Program-made: the position numbers and the translations under genes | Assembly: GCA_049322915.1 (NCBI GenBank) | Contig: JBMOPW010000014.1 | Location: forward strand, 96,001-160,000 | Reading direction: 5' to 3' | Source of the DNA: Candidatus Zhuqueibacterota bacterium | Lineage (GTDB): Bacteria; Zhuqueibacterota; Zhuqueibacteria; Thermofontimicrobiales; Thermofontimicrobiaceae | Length of the DNA: 64,000 bases | Shown here: positions 20,124-30,383 of the stretch, in pieces | How positions within the stretch are numbered: the stretch's first letter is position 1 | How the letters are laid out: every line of letters begins with the position of its first letter | Notes under the pieces: model-generated | What the model saw: the letters and a program-made list of their open reading frames with translations, nothing else | What the model was told of the DNA's origin: nothing | Database searches by the model: none

Positions 20124-21431
20124 ATGGATCATGAACAGAAAAAAGAAGTCGATTTGCTGGATTACCTCAATGTCATTGTGAAGCACAGAAGAGCCATCAT
20201 GAGGAATGTGCTCGTCGTTGCGTTGTTCATTGGTGTTGTGAGTTTTTTGCTGCCATCGACCTACACGGCGCGAACAACCATTTTGCCGCCAGAAGATCTT
20301 CAATCCCCCAGTATTCTGACTGAGCTTTCCAGTTCACCGTCGTTATCGAACCTGCTATTTACCGGCGCTGGAACGACGTCCGACCTCTACGTTGAAATTC
20401 TGAAGAGTCGTAGCGTGCTGGACGCTGTGCTGCAGAAAGAATTCAGTTACAGGAAAAGCAGTAAAAATCCCGGACAGCGGAAGCTCCTTTCCATTTTAAA
20501 ACAAAAGAGCCTGGAAAAAGGGCGGCTGCGACTTGCTTCCCGAATCCATGTGAAGTCATCCGCTGAGGGAATTATCACCCTCGACGTGGAATTAGGCGAT
20601 CGTCATTTAGCATCGGACGTTGCCAATGCGCTGGTAGTGGAATTGGATAAGATCAATAAGGAGAAGAATACCTCTCGCTCGAAAAATTCCAGAATCTATC
20701 TTGAAAACCAATTGAAGGACACGAAAGCCAAACTCAAGGACGCGTCCGAAGCGTTGGTCAAATTTAAAGAGAAATACAAAGCCATTGCCCTGGAAGAGCA
20801 GACGCAGACCGCGATCGAAAGCATCGGTGAGTTGAAAGGTCGCATCGTCGCCAAGAATGTTGAATTGGGAGTGGCGCGGCAGTCGATGAAGTCGGACAAT
20901 GTGGTGGTCGTGAAGATCAGAAAAGAAATCGAAGAACTGGAAAAGCAGTACAGAAATTTGCAGTTCGGCGACGACGATTCAACGACGTCCGAAAGAGAAA
21001 TTTATATTCCCATCGCTGATGTGCCGGCTGTGGGCCTGGAACTGGCCGAATTGGTTCGCGAGGAAAAAGTCCAGGAGACAGTTTGGGAATTGTTGAATCA
21101 ACAATATTATCAGGCAAAGCTGCAGGAAGCGCGGGATACGCCAACGATTCAGGTGCTGGACGAAGCGGTTCCACCGGAGCAGCGCACTAAGCCGAAGCGA
21201 AAAATCCTGGTTCTCGTCGGCAGCTTTCTGGCGTTAATATTGAGCATTTTTGGCGCCTTTGTCGTGGAGTTCGTCCATAACCTGAAGCAGGATGATTCGG
21301 CGCAGGGCAAGGCCATCGGTATTTCCAGCGCGCTCACATCGGATTGGATCCACATGAAGAACTACTCGCGTGCATTCATCCAGAAACTGAAATTCCGAAA
21401 AAAGAGCCGCTTCTCAGGATTGGATAGTTGA
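20124..21431 (+). CDS. Polysaccharide chain-length determinant (Wzz/Wzc N-terminal, GumC-like; no kinase domain)
   Basis: EVDLLDY, TM1, Y.ARTTILPP, coiled coil, VLDEAVPP..RTKPKR, TM2. Confidence 0.88.
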   Translation: MDHEQKKEVDLLDYLNVIVKHRRAIMRNVLVVALFIGVVSFLLPSTYTARTTILPPEDLQSPSILTELSSSPSLSNLLFTGAGTTSDLYVEILKSRSVLDAVLQKEFSYRKSSKNPGQRKLLSILKQKSLEKGRLRLASRIHVKSSAEGIITLDVELGDRHLASDVANALVVELDKINKEKNTSRSKNSRIYLENQLKDTKAKLKDASEALVKFKEKYKAIALEEQTQTAIESIGELKGRIVAKNVELGVARQSMKSDNVVVVKIRKEIEELEKQYRNLQFGDDDSTTSEREIYIPIADVPAVGLELAELVREEKVQETVWELLNQQYYQAKLQEARDTPTIQVLDEAVPPEQRTKPKRKILVLVGSFLALILSIFGAFVVEFVHNLKQDDSAQGKAIGISSALTSDWIHMKNYSRAFIQKLKFRKKSRFSGLDS

Positions 21432-21591
21432 ACCCCGGCAGGCCGGCGCAGTCAGTCCTGACAGTAAAAACCATTTGACCGATCCAATGGTTCGGGCGGA
21501 TGAATTGATGTGTCGAGCTTAAAATTAAGTCGGAAGAAGATTCCGGCTCAGATTGATTGTTACTTAAATTTCTAAAATGGATTTCTATAAT

Positions 21592-21743
21592 AGTATCAGC
21601 TCAATAAAAGATGGAAATGTCATTGCGAGGAACGTTTTTTGTGACGAAGCAATCCCTGGTTTACCCCGGGAGATTGCTTCGTCCCGATAAATCGGGACTT
21701 CGCAATGACACGTTTTCTTACCATAACTTATTGAGCAGATACT
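21592..21743. mobile_element. MITE-like element (TIR AGTATC(A/T)GCTCAATAA, TATAAT flanks) enclosing a GTCATTGCGAG...CGCAATGAC palindrome
   Basis: 16-bp inverted ends with 1 mismatch; TATAAT at 21586-21591 and 21744-21749. Confidence 0.8.
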
Positions 21744-21749
21744 TATAAT

Positions 21750-21906
21750 AGTATCCACTCAATAAAATATGGTGGAATCCGTCTTGCCCGAATGCTTTTA
21801 TCGGGCATCCATTGAATCAGCGTGGATTCCCGCTAAGAGCATGCGGGAAAGACAACTATCACGTTATTTGTAACTTATAATTGCCCGAAAATATTGAGCA
21901 GATACT
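21750..21906. mobile_element. Second tandem MITE-like element with the same TIR, enclosing a GTCTTGCCCG...GCGGGAAAGAC palindrome
   Basis: AGTATCCACTCAATAA ... ATATTGAGCAGATACT; TATAAT at 21744-21749 and 21907-21912. Confidence 0.75.
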
Positions 21907-21929
21907 TATAATAAAATTTAGCTATTTAA

Positions 21930-22029
21930 CCCTACAACGTCACTTAGAATTATTAGTACAATATATCGTATTTTCTGACAACATAACATACAATATATTG
22001 TGCAGAACTTTCTAAATGACGTAGTAGGG
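21930..22029. mobile_element. 100-bp MITE-like element with CCCTAC...GTAGGG ends and TTAA flanks
   Basis: CCCTACAACGTCACTTAGAA and TTCTAAATGACGTAGTAGGG form a 20-bp inverted repeat with 2 mismatches; TTAA on both sides. Confidence 0.7.
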
Positions 22030-22206
22030 TTAATTTCTAAAGACATATGGAGTGAAGCATCGACACAGTCGATGCACTCCATACTAAAATAATTCGTTAC
22101 ACGCTCATTTGACATTTCATTATTGAAATTCAGGTGTTAAATAATTCCGTAAAAACAGGCTTTGCCTGTAAATACTATTTTACCTTGACAATGGAATCGA
22201 TGTTTT

Positions 22207-22959
22207 ATGAAAGATCAGTTCATTGACAGTACCGTTAAAATTGGCTCGGAGACTACACTTGGCCACTTTGTCGTGATTGAGAAACAAGTTGAAATTGGAA
22301 AAAGCTGTACAATCGGCAGTCATGTTGTCATCCATGAAGGCACAGTGATTGGGGACAATGTCCGCATTGATGACAACACCGTAATAGGCAAGCAACCGAT
22401 GCGGGCGAAGCGGAGCATTTTCAAATCGGAGCCTGTTCCCCCTGCGAAAATCGGAAATCAATGCCTCATCGGCGCCCAGGCGGTCATTTACGCCGGGTGC
22501 GACATTGGTGATTTCGTGCTGGTGGCGGACACAGCCGCCATCCGCGAGAACGTGACGATCGGCGAATCGACCATCATTGGCCGGGGCGCCACAGTGGAGA
22601 ATGTGTGCAAAGTCGGTAAAAAATGCAAGCTGGAAACCGGCAGTTACATCACCGCCTACTCGGAGATTGGCGATTACTGCTTCATTGCTCCCTACGTGGT
22701 GACGACCAATGACAATTATCTGGGACGAAGCGAGGAGAGGTTCAAGCATTTTAAGGGCGTCACAGTGAAAAAAGGCGGCAGAATTGGCGGCGGCGCTGTT
22801 ATTCTGCCCGGTCGGGTGATTGGCGAAGATGCCGTGGTCGGCGCCGGATCCGTGGTGACGCGCGATGTGCCAGCGGGGCAAATATTTGTCGGCGCGCCGG
22901 CGAAATATTTCGGCGATACGCCGGAAGAGCAATTGTTGAAAAACCAGGGATGGGAGTGA
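22207..22959 (+). CDS. Hexapeptide-repeat sugar N-acetyltransferase (WbpD-like)
   Basis: Left-handed beta-helix repeats; IGDYCFIAPYVVTTND, GAGSVVTRDVP. Confidence 0.8.
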   Translation: MKDQFIDSTVKIGSETTLGHFVVIEKQVEIGKSCTIGSHVVIHEGTVIGDNVRIDDNTVIGKQPMRAKRSIFKSEPVPPAKIGNQCLIGAQAVIYAGCDIGDFVLVADTAAIRENVTIGESTIIGRGATVENVCKVGKKCKLETGSYITAYSEIGDYCFIAPYVVTTNDNYLGRSEERFKHFKGVTVKKGGRIGGGAVILPGRVIGEDAVVGAGSVVTRDVPAGQIFVGAPAKYFGDTPEEQLLKNQGWE

Positions 22960-22960
22960 C

Positions 22961-24031
22961 ATGAAAATTGTGACCATCGTGGGCGCGCGACCGCAGTTCG
23001 TCAAGGCGGCGCCGGTATCTCAGGCCCTGCGCCGGCAATTCACCGAACTGATTTTGCACACGGGCCAGCATTATGATGAAAATATGTCCCGCGTGTTTTT
23101 CGATGAATTGGGAATTCCCCGGCCGGATAAAAATCTGGAAATTGGTTCGGATAGCCATGCGCGACAGACAGCAGCCATACTGGTTGGCGTGGAGCAATAT
23201 CTCGTGCAGGAAATGCCGGACCTCGTCATCGTGTACGGCGATACCAATTCCACACTGGCTGGCGCCGTGGCCGCAAGCAAGATGGGCGTCAGGATTGCGC
23301 ACATCGAAGCCGGGCTGCGGAGCTTCAACCGCGTCATGCCCGAAGAGATCAACAGAATTGTGGCCGATCGACTGGCCGATCTGCTTTTCTGTCCCACTCA
23401 GACTTCAGTGGAAAATCTGAGACACGAGGGCATGGTCACGGGCGTGCACAATGTCGGCGATGTGATGTTCGACGCGGCGCTGAAATTTTCTCCGCTCGCA
23501 GAATCGCGAAGCGCGATTCTCACCCGGCTGGAACTCAGTTCCAAACAATACTCGCTGTTGACGCTGCATCGGGCGGAAAATACCGACTCCCAAGAGCGAC
23601 TGACGGCCATTGTCTCCGCCATCCTTGCAGCAGAAGAAACCACTGTTTTTCCAGTCCACCCACGGACTGTCAAATATTTGAAACAGTATCAGTTGTATCA
23701 AAAACTGGAACAGTCGGATAATGTGCTGCTGACAGAGCCGGTAAGTTTTCTGGATATGATTTGCCTCGAGAAAAATGCCCGGCAGATACTGACCGATTCC
23801 GGGGGAGTGCAGAAAGAGGCGTATTTTTACCAGGTCCCCTGCATCACGCTGCGGGAGGAGACCGAATGGGTCGAAACCGTGACCGATGGCTGGAACTGCC
23901 TGGTAGGCGCAGATGCACAAAAGATCATTTCGGCGATTCAGAGCTTTTCCCCGAATACACCCCAAAAGGGACATTACGGCGATGGAACAGCAAGCGATAA
24001 AATTGTGGCTACGTTGAACTCCTGCGCTTAA
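22961..24031 (+). CDS. wecB: Non-hydrolysing UDP-GlcNAc-type 2-epimerase (WecB/WbpI-like)
   Basis: GARPQFVK, HTGQHYD, YGDTNSTLAGA, HIEAGLRS, PEEINR, TDSGGVQKEA. Confidence 0.9.
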   Translation: MKIVTIVGARPQFVKAAPVSQALRRQFTELILHTGQHYDENMSRVFFDELGIPRPDKNLEIGSDSHARQTAAILVGVEQYLVQEMPDLVIVYGDTNSTLAGAVAASKMGVRIAHIEAGLRSFNRVMPEEINRIVADRLADLLFCPTQTSVENLRHEGMVTGVHNVGDVMFDAALKFSPLAESRSAILTRLELSSKQYSLLTLHRAENTDSQERLTAIVSAILAAEETTVFPVHPRTVKYLKQYQLYQKLEQSDNVLLTEPVSFLDMICLEKNARQILTDSGGVQKEAYFYQVPCITLREETEWVETVTDGWNCLVGADAQKIISAIQSFSPNTPQKGHYGDGTASDKIVATLNSCA

Positions 24032-24401
24032 TTCATGATGTTGTTGATAAATCCCATTTCTCGAAAATTTATAATGTGTAAGGCCAATATTTAAGTTATG
24101 AAAATTGTAAAAAAGGGACTAAATCAACTACATCATTCACGTGTGGTTCACAAAATACCTGACTTGAATTTGAGAAAGTTTGCCTGACAGATTGATTGTG
24201 AAATGAATCCGGCGCGTGATGCTTTTATGCATCGCACGGCAGCCAAAACGTGGATAAAGGCGATGCGCTCCATAATTAACAATTTATTATGGCCAATAAA
24301 TTTTTGTTGTTTTGATAACTAACTATCACGGCACATCAATTAATACATCACATCAGAGATCATGCAAACCGATGTCCATTATTAAAATTGATGGAGGATG
24401 T

Positions 24402-25511
24402 ATGGCAACACACATTCCATTTTTGGACTTGAAGGCGCAATATCAAAAAATCAAACATGAGGTCGATGAAGAAATTCAAAAGGTGGTCGAGAGCTGTGCC
24501 TTCATCAAGGGCCCGGCCACGCACGAATTTGTAAAAAACTTTGCCGCCTTTTGTCACGTCAACCACGGCGTTGGAGTGGGTAACGGGACAGACGCCATTT
24601 TCCTCGCCCTGCGGGCGCTGGACATTGGCCCGGGGCACGAAGTCATTACATCCCCGAACACGTTCATCGCCACGACCGAAGCGATTTCCCTCACCGGAGC
24701 GCGACCGGTATTTGTCGATATTCACCCGACCACCTACAATATCGATGTGTCCAAAATTGAAGAGAAAATTACAGAAAAAACCCGGGCTATTGTTGCCGTC
24801 CATCTGTTCGGACAGCCGGCCGATATGTCCCCAATCCTGGATATCGCCAAACGCCATAACCTGAAGGTGATCGAAGACTCAGCTCAGGCTCACGGCGCAA
24901 CTTACAAGGGAAGGCCCGTCGGCTGCTTTGGTCATGTCGCCTGCTTCAGCTTTTACCCTGGCAAAAATTTGGGCGCTTACGGCGATGGCGGCGCCGTGTT
25001 GACCAACGACGAGAATGTGGCGCGGAAAGTCGCCATGCTGGCCGATCATGGCAGCAGCAACAAATACGAACATGTCTTCGAAGGCGTCAACTCACGGCTG
25101 GATACCATTCAGGCGGCTGTGCTGAATGTGAAACTGAAGTATATCAACGAATGGAATGAACAGCGCCGGCAGAATGCCTATACCTACAACAAAATGTTGA
25201 GAGACGTGCCGGGCGTGGTCATCCCATCGGAATTGAAAGAGACAAAGCCTGTGTATCACCTCTACGTGATTCAGGTGGAACAGCGCGATAAAATGAGGGA
25301 ATTGCTGGCTGCGGACGGCGTCGCCACCGGCATTCACTATCCCACAGCGCTGCACCAACAGCCAGCGTATGCGCATCTGAAAAATCCGGAGGGAAGTTAC
25401 CCGGTGGCTGAAGCGGCGGTGGCCAGATACATCAGCCTGCCCATGTACCCGGAACTGACCGAATCGATGATTGACCATGTTTGTACGAGCATCAAAAAAC
25501 ATGTTGGATGA
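24402..25511 (+). CDS. DegT/DnrJ/EryC1/StrS PLP-dependent sugar aminotransferase (WbpE-like)
   Basis: GGAGG RBS; NGTDA, EDSAQAHGA, FSFYPGKNLGAYGDGG, NSRLD.IQAA. Confidence 0.92.
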   Translation: MATHIPFLDLKAQYQKIKHEVDEEIQKVVESCAFIKGPATHEFVKNFAAFCHVNHGVGVGNGTDAIFLALRALDIGPGHEVITSPNTFIATTEAISLTGARPVFVDIHPTTYNIDVSKIEEKITEKTRAIVAVHLFGQPADMSPILDIAKRHNLKVIEDSAQAHGATYKGRPVGCFGHVACFSFYPGKNLGAYGDGGAVLTNDENVARKVAMLADHGSSNKYEHVFEGVNSRLDTIQAAVLNVKLKYINEWNEQRRQNAYTYNKMLRDVPGVVIPSELKETKPVYHLYVIQVEQRDKMRELLAADGVATGIHYPTALHQQPAYAHLKNPEGSYPVAEAAVARYISLPMYPELTESMIDHVCTSIKKHVG

Positions 25512-27219
25512 GCGACAGGCCCGGCGATTCATTTTCGCGGCGCTGGTCGGCTGTTTCCTGATTGGCAATTCCGCAACGCTGTTTTCGCAGACGACGTTTG
25601 CGCCGCTCAATCACCGGGTGTACCATTTTCTGGAGCGACAGGAGTCAAAGCATGTATTTCGCCACGGCCTGTTGGGAACGAGGCCGCTCACGCGGATGCA
25701 GGTGGCCGGCTACCTGGCTGAAATTCATCAATGGCTGGAACGCGGGCATCAGCTTCATCCGGTCGAACAGAAACAATTAAATTTTCTCAACAATGAGTTT
25801 CAAGAGGAACTCAGTAAATTTTTGATTCATTCAATTGAATGCGAATCGAAAATAGGCAACCTTTTTAAAAACAGATATATTAAAAAATTTACACCCGATT
25901 TCGTCTATAGAAATCAAAGAAATATGCTGAGCTGGCGCGAGGAACACGTCCAGGTCTGGCTTGATCCCATTCTTGGACGTAGCGCGCGCTTCAGCACATC
26001 CGACACGTCGCAGGAGCAGCAACGAAATTTTTCAGCCACCAATGGCGCGCGACTGCGGGGTAGCATCGGCGAGCATGTGGGATTTTGGGTTGATGTCCGC
26101 GATACAAAGGAGTGGGGCACAACCGATTACCCGTTGGGCAATTACACGCTGCCCGGCCTGGGATTCGTTCGGGCCACGTCGCCGGAATACGTGTATCACG
26201 ATGAAACCGAAGCCTACGTGGCTTTCAATTATAAATATGTTGGACTGGTCTTTGGAAAATTCAAAAACGACTGGGGGCCGGCCTGTCGCGCCGGCCTGAT
26301 ACTTTCGGACAATGCCACTTCGTACGATCAGTTGCGGCTGGAATTGAACTTCGCCAGATTTCGTTTCACCAGCGTGTACGCGTTTCTGATTGATTACCAC
26401 AAAAACGAAATGGATATTTTGCAGGAGAAAAAATATCTCGCGGCGCACCGTCTCGAACTCGCGCCGTGGCGCTGGCTCAATGTGGGCCTGTCCGAAACAG
26501 TGATTTTCAAAGGCCGCAGTTACGAGCCGGCCTATCTCAATCCGATCATGTTCTTTCGAAGCGCCGAGCATTATCTGGGCAGCCCGGATAACATGATGCT
26601 GGGCCTGGACGCAACGCTGAACGTCATCCCGGCGCTCAAGCTGTACGGCGAGTTGCTGATTGATGACGTCACGACCACCCGGCTGGGAACCGAATGGTAC
26701 GGCAATAAATTGGCGTACATCGCCGGCATGTATCTTGTTGATCCTCTCCGGCTGCCCAATTCGGAATTCAGGATGGAGTACGCCCGGCTCCGGCCGTATC
26801 TGTACACGCACGATGGCGGGATCAACTATTCCCACTACGGCACCCAACTGGGCCACTGGCTCAGCCCCAATTCGGACGACCTGTATGTGGAATGGGGCTG
26901 GCAGGCCACGGCCTCGGCGCGGTACAGCGTGTTTGCGGATTTCCAGCGGCATGGCGCAAATCCGCAGGGCAGGAATGTCGGCGGAGACAGCGAGCAGAAT
27001 CACAGTGAGTCCGATGCGATTGATGCCGGGTTTTTGGATGGGGAGCTGGAAAAAAGTATCTGTTATGGTGTGACTCTTTCCTATGAAATAATTCAGGAAA
27101 TGATATTTCAGATAGCATTAGAAAATACAAGACATGATACAAGGGTTTCGAAAAAGCAAAATGTCAATGAAATTTTGGTAGCTTTGTCATTTAATTTTTC
27201 GGACGTTAAGTTTCGATGA
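25501..27219 (+). CDS. Capsule assembly Wzi-family outer-membrane protein
   Basis: Signal peptide; WGP...LILSDNA, AAHRLE, GLSETVIF, YLNP, DNMMLGLD, YGELLIDD; barrel-like alternating strands. Confidence 0.75.
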   Translation: MLDERQARRFIFAALVGCFLIGNSATLFSQTTFAPLNHRVYHFLERQESKHVFRHGLLGTRPLTRMQVAGYLAEIHQWLERGHQLHPVEQKQLNFLNNEFQEELSKFLIHSIECESKIGNLFKNRYIKKFTPDFVYRNQRNMLSWREEHVQVWLDPILGRSARFSTSDTSQEQQRNFSATNGARLRGSIGEHVGFWVDVRDTKEWGTTDYPLGNYTLPGLGFVRATSPEYVYHDETEAYVAFNYKYVGLVFGKFKNDWGPACRAGLILSDNATSYDQLRLELNFARFRFTSVYAFLIDYHKNEMDILQEKKYLAAHRLELAPWRWLNVGLSETVIFKGRSYEPAYLNPIMFFRSAEHYLGSPDNMMLGLDATLNVIPALKLYGELLIDDVTTTRLGTEWYGNKLAYIAGMYLVDPLRLPNSEFRMEYARLRPYLYTHDGGINYSHYGTQLGHWLSPNSDDLYVEWGWQATASARYSVFADFQRHGANPQGRNVGGDSEQNHSESDAIDAGFLDGELEKSICYGVTLSYEIIQEMIFQIALENTRHDTRVSKKQNVNEILVALSFNFSDVKFR

Positions 27220-27264
27220 ACGCAGAGTTAATTTTGACTTTTGCCTATTGAATTTAGGTCGTTT

Positions 27265-28728
27265 ATGTCAGCATCGTGGCGGAGAATAAAAAGTTCTTTT
27301 ACATCAAAAGAACTGTACTTTAGCTTGATAATGTTATTAACATTAGTAGCGGTCGTGCTTAATTATTATGGTATATCATTTATCATAACGATAGGATTAC
27401 TATTAGTCCTTGCAATCATTTTGCTCGTTTTTAGATACCCCAAGTTAGGCCTGTATTTGTTAATATTTAACCTCCCGCTAAATAGATATATTCCAATATT
27501 CGGTGTAGATGGAGATAACTTTTCAGTCTCAGTGAATGAGTTATTATTGCTCTTGCTTCTTTCGTCTTTAATCTTAAATAAGCTTCTGATTGGAAAGCTT
27601 ACGTTTCCAAATTCTCGCTTGAATCGGCCAATCTTTCTGTTAATAGTTTTTAATGCATTAGGCTTAATGAGGGCATTTGCTGACCTGTCACAGTTTGACT
27701 ATTTAAAATGTTGGCTTTATTTCTTTTTGTGGGTCGAATATTTTTTAATTTATTTTTTAATTCTCGATTTAGTAAGCAAGAAACAGGAAGTGAAAACAAT
27801 ATTATTCCTGATGGTTTTCTCCGGGATAATAACCGTGATCTCTTCTCTGAATCAGCAGATTGAAGGAACCGCTTTGAGATCCATCGGCTACATTTCAGAA
27901 AGCGGAAAAACGAGCTATCGGTTGATTTCAGCATTCGGTTTTTTCTCGAATGATTATGGAGCTTATCTACAAATTATACTATCGATATTAATAAATTTAT
28001 ATTTCTATGTTCAACGAAAGAGAAGAAAATATATTTTGCTCCTGATTTTACCGACATTGTACACGCTGTTCTTTACCTTTTCGAGAAGCGCTACGATGGG
28101 AATACTGGTAATGATCATATTTCTGGCGCTGGTTCGAAAGGATCATGGAAAGACAATTTTCATTTCTTCGTTAACCGTTATCCTTGTCTCCTTTTTAATT
28201 TTGAATCCGGTATTTAAGCGGTGGAAAACCGATTCGTATGTAAAAAAAGGAGGTAAACTCGTTTTGATAAAAAATATCAGTGAACGGTTGGCGCAATGGG
28301 AAGCAGGAGTAGATGAGTTCATAAAACATCCTCTGATTGGAAGAGGTTTTCACACGTATCATTTCCGAGAAGTGGATTTCGAATCACACTTCGGCATACT
28401 CAAATATATTGGGCATGCACATAATGTGTATTTGAGATTATCGATAGAATCCGGGGTTTTCGGTTTAGCTTCCTTCATTGCACTGATTTATCTTGTTTAT
28501 AAGTATGGTTTTCAACTATTGAAATACAGGACTAACAAAGATTTCGAGTTGATAGTTTATATAGCACTCAGTTCATTTAGCGCTTTTCTGGTAGTGGCCA
28601 TGACTGAGAGCATTTTAACAGTTGGAAGAGTGACTGGACCTATCTTCACTCTCATTGGTCTTTTGGTTGTCATGTCAAGAATAGAGATTTCTCAGAATGA
28701 AAAATTGATCCACATGAAAACTATTTAG
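27265..28728 (+). CDS. O-antigen ligase/polymerase family (Wzy_C) membrane protein, AT-rich
   Basis: Many TM helices; TFSRSA, ERLAQW, HPLIGRG, HAHNVYL..SIESG. Confidence 0.85.
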   Translation: MSASWRRIKSSFTSKELYFSLIMLLTLVAVVLNYYGISFIITIGLLLVLAIILLVFRYPKLGLYLLIFNLPLNRYIPIFGVDGDNFSVSVNELLLLLLLSSLILNKLLIGKLTFPNSRLNRPIFLLIVFNALGLMRAFADLSQFDYLKCWLYFFLWVEYFLIYFLILDLVSKKQEVKTILFLMVFSGIITVISSLNQQIEGTALRSIGYISESGKTSYRLISAFGFFSNDYGAYLQIILSILINLYFYVQRKRRKYILLLILPTLYTLFFTFSRSATMGILVMIIFLALVRKDHGKTIFISSLTVILVSFLILNPVFKRWKTDSYVKKGGKLVLIKNISERLAQWEAGVDEFIKHPLIGRGFHTYHFREVDFESHFGILKYIGHAHNVYLRLSIESGVFGLASFIALIYLVYKYGFQLLKYRTNKDFELIVYIALSSFSAFLVVAMTESILTVGRVTGPIFTLIGLLVVMSRIEISQNEKLIHMKTI

Positions 28729-28783
28729 AACCGCATCGGCGATGGCGAATTATTATAATGGTAGAATTCGAAATTATTAAAGG

Positions 28784-30316
28784 GTGGACCAGGTAGTGTC
28801 TCTTGCAGTTAGCGTTTCAAGAGCTTTTTTTTGGAATCATGCAAATAAAGTCGTGGGGTTCTTTCTCGATTTTGTTTTGTCGATTGTTCTTGCTCGAGGT
28901 TTGGGGACTCATGTCTATGGCGTTTATTCAGAGATTATCAATGTGACTGTTTTTTTTTCACTCATCTGCTCACTCGGCCTTGATACAGCATTAAATGTTT
29001 TTATACCGAAATACAGAGACAACCACGCAGAGTTATCCGCTCTGATAAAGAAGACGCTAGTTGCTTTTGCATTGATCGCCGTGTTGGTATGTTTGAGCAT
29101 CTATTTTTTTGGTCAGTTTATAAGCGATGTTATAAATTCTCCTGAAATCAAGAATCATCTTATTTTTGTTTCATCGTACATATTTTTCTACACTTTCGTT
29201 ATCATCGCTCAGTCAATTTTGTTGAGCATGTTTGATACGAAGTTCCTGTTTTATGCTAATACGCTCTATAAGTTATTTATCATCTTGGCGTCGTTTTTAT
29301 TAATTCGATATGGCTTAAATATCAGAGAGATTTTTATCGCTTTTATTTTATTGAGCGTTTTGGTAAGCATTGCTTATTTGATTAATTTCCAGAGATTCAT
29401 TCAGGCGAAGACTGCAATCATTGATGCTTACAATTATTTTAAATTTGGGATAATCATTCTATTCACGAAGTTCCTGAATTATGTATTAGGAAGATATTTC
29501 GACATTTTTTTACTTGGCTATTTCAGCGTGGAGAAGGAGCAGATAGGATTCTATAATATTGCTTTTTCCAATATATTAGCATTGTCTTTTATGTTTACTT
29601 CTGGGTTTACGGGAATTGCGCTATCGGCTTTTTCGGATCTTGCCATCAAGAAAAATTATTCAGGTGTTTCAAAAGGATGGATAACTTTAACCAAGATTTC
29701 AATTTTTTTCTGTCTGCCGATATTCCTGTTTGTATTGATTAATGCCAAAGCAATATTAGCCCTGGCATATTCGAATGCATTTGTCGGTTCGACTATTTTG
29801 CTCCAGGTTTTCGGAAGCTTGTTCTTGGTTTCAATCTTGTTAGGTAGTGGCGCAAATTCCACAGTTCTTTATTCGCTCAACAAAGAGAAAGTTGTTCTAA
29901 CGTTAAGAGCGATAATGGGAAGCGTAAATATTGTCCTGGATATTATTCTGATACCACATTATGAAGCTCTCGGGGCGGTCATTGCAACGGGTGTTTCCAC
30001 GGTGCTCATCATATTATCCGAGTACATTTTTTTAAAAAGAGAAATTAACTTAAACTACCCCAGGACATTCTTGATAAAAATGTTTGGCGCTTCTCTATTG
30101 GCAATGGGTGCAATAATTTTTGTACCGATTGCCGGTTTATTGGGATTGATGGCTAAGCTGGTCATTTCTTCGATAGTATTTATGGTTATCATTTATGTGC
30201 TAAAACCATTCTCTTACGAGGACTATGGAATCGCTGAAAAGGTGTTTGGAACCAATGCAAAATATTTAAAACCATTCATTATGCACGATGCAGAAGATTA
30301 TCATTTAGGCGATTGA
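28784..30316 (+). CDS. Wzx-type oligosaccharide flippase, AT-rich
   Basis: LARGLG...YGVY, D.FLLGYF...IGFY, LIPHY..LGAVIAT; multi-TM. Confidence 0.85.
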   Translation: MDQVVSLAVSVSRAFFWNHANKVVGFFLDFVLSIVLARGLGTHVYGVYSEIINVTVFFSLICSLGLDTALNVFIPKYRDNHAELSALIKKTLVAFALIAVLVCLSIYFFGQFISDVINSPEIKNHLIFVSSYIFFYTFVIIAQSILLSMFDTKFLFYANTLYKLFIILASFLLIRYGLNIREIFIAFILLSVLVSIAYLINFQRFIQAKTAIIDAYNYFKFGIIILFTKFLNYVLGRYFDIFLLGYFSVEKEQIGFYNIAFSNILALSFMFTSGFTGIALSAFSDLAIKKNYSGVSKGWITLTKISIFFCLPIFLFVLINAKAILALAYSNAFVGSTILLQVFGSLFLVSILLGSGANSTVLYSLNKEKVVLTLRAIMGSVNIVLDIILIPHYEALGAVIATGVSTVLIILSEYIFLKREINLNYPRTFLIKMFGASLLAMGAIIFVPIAGLLGLMAKLVISSIVFMVIIYVLKPFSYEDYGIAEKVFGTNAKYLKPFIMHDAEDYHLGD

Positions 30317-30383
30317 ATGAAATGAACAAATTTTGATTCCTTCCCGGTCTTTCCAATAAGATTCAGAAATGGGTGTTTAAAAT

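Noticed and set aside
21586..22033. Repeated AGTATC/TATAAT units as a possible CRISPR array
   Set aside because: The repeats are inverted pairs around ~150-bp palindromic interiors, not direct repeats with 30-40 bp spacers; no cas genes
26032..27003. 323-aa minus-strand ORF and similar long antisense ORFs (7671-8441, 22180-23004)
   Set aside because: Fully overlap confident plus-strand genes; typical antisense shadow ORFs
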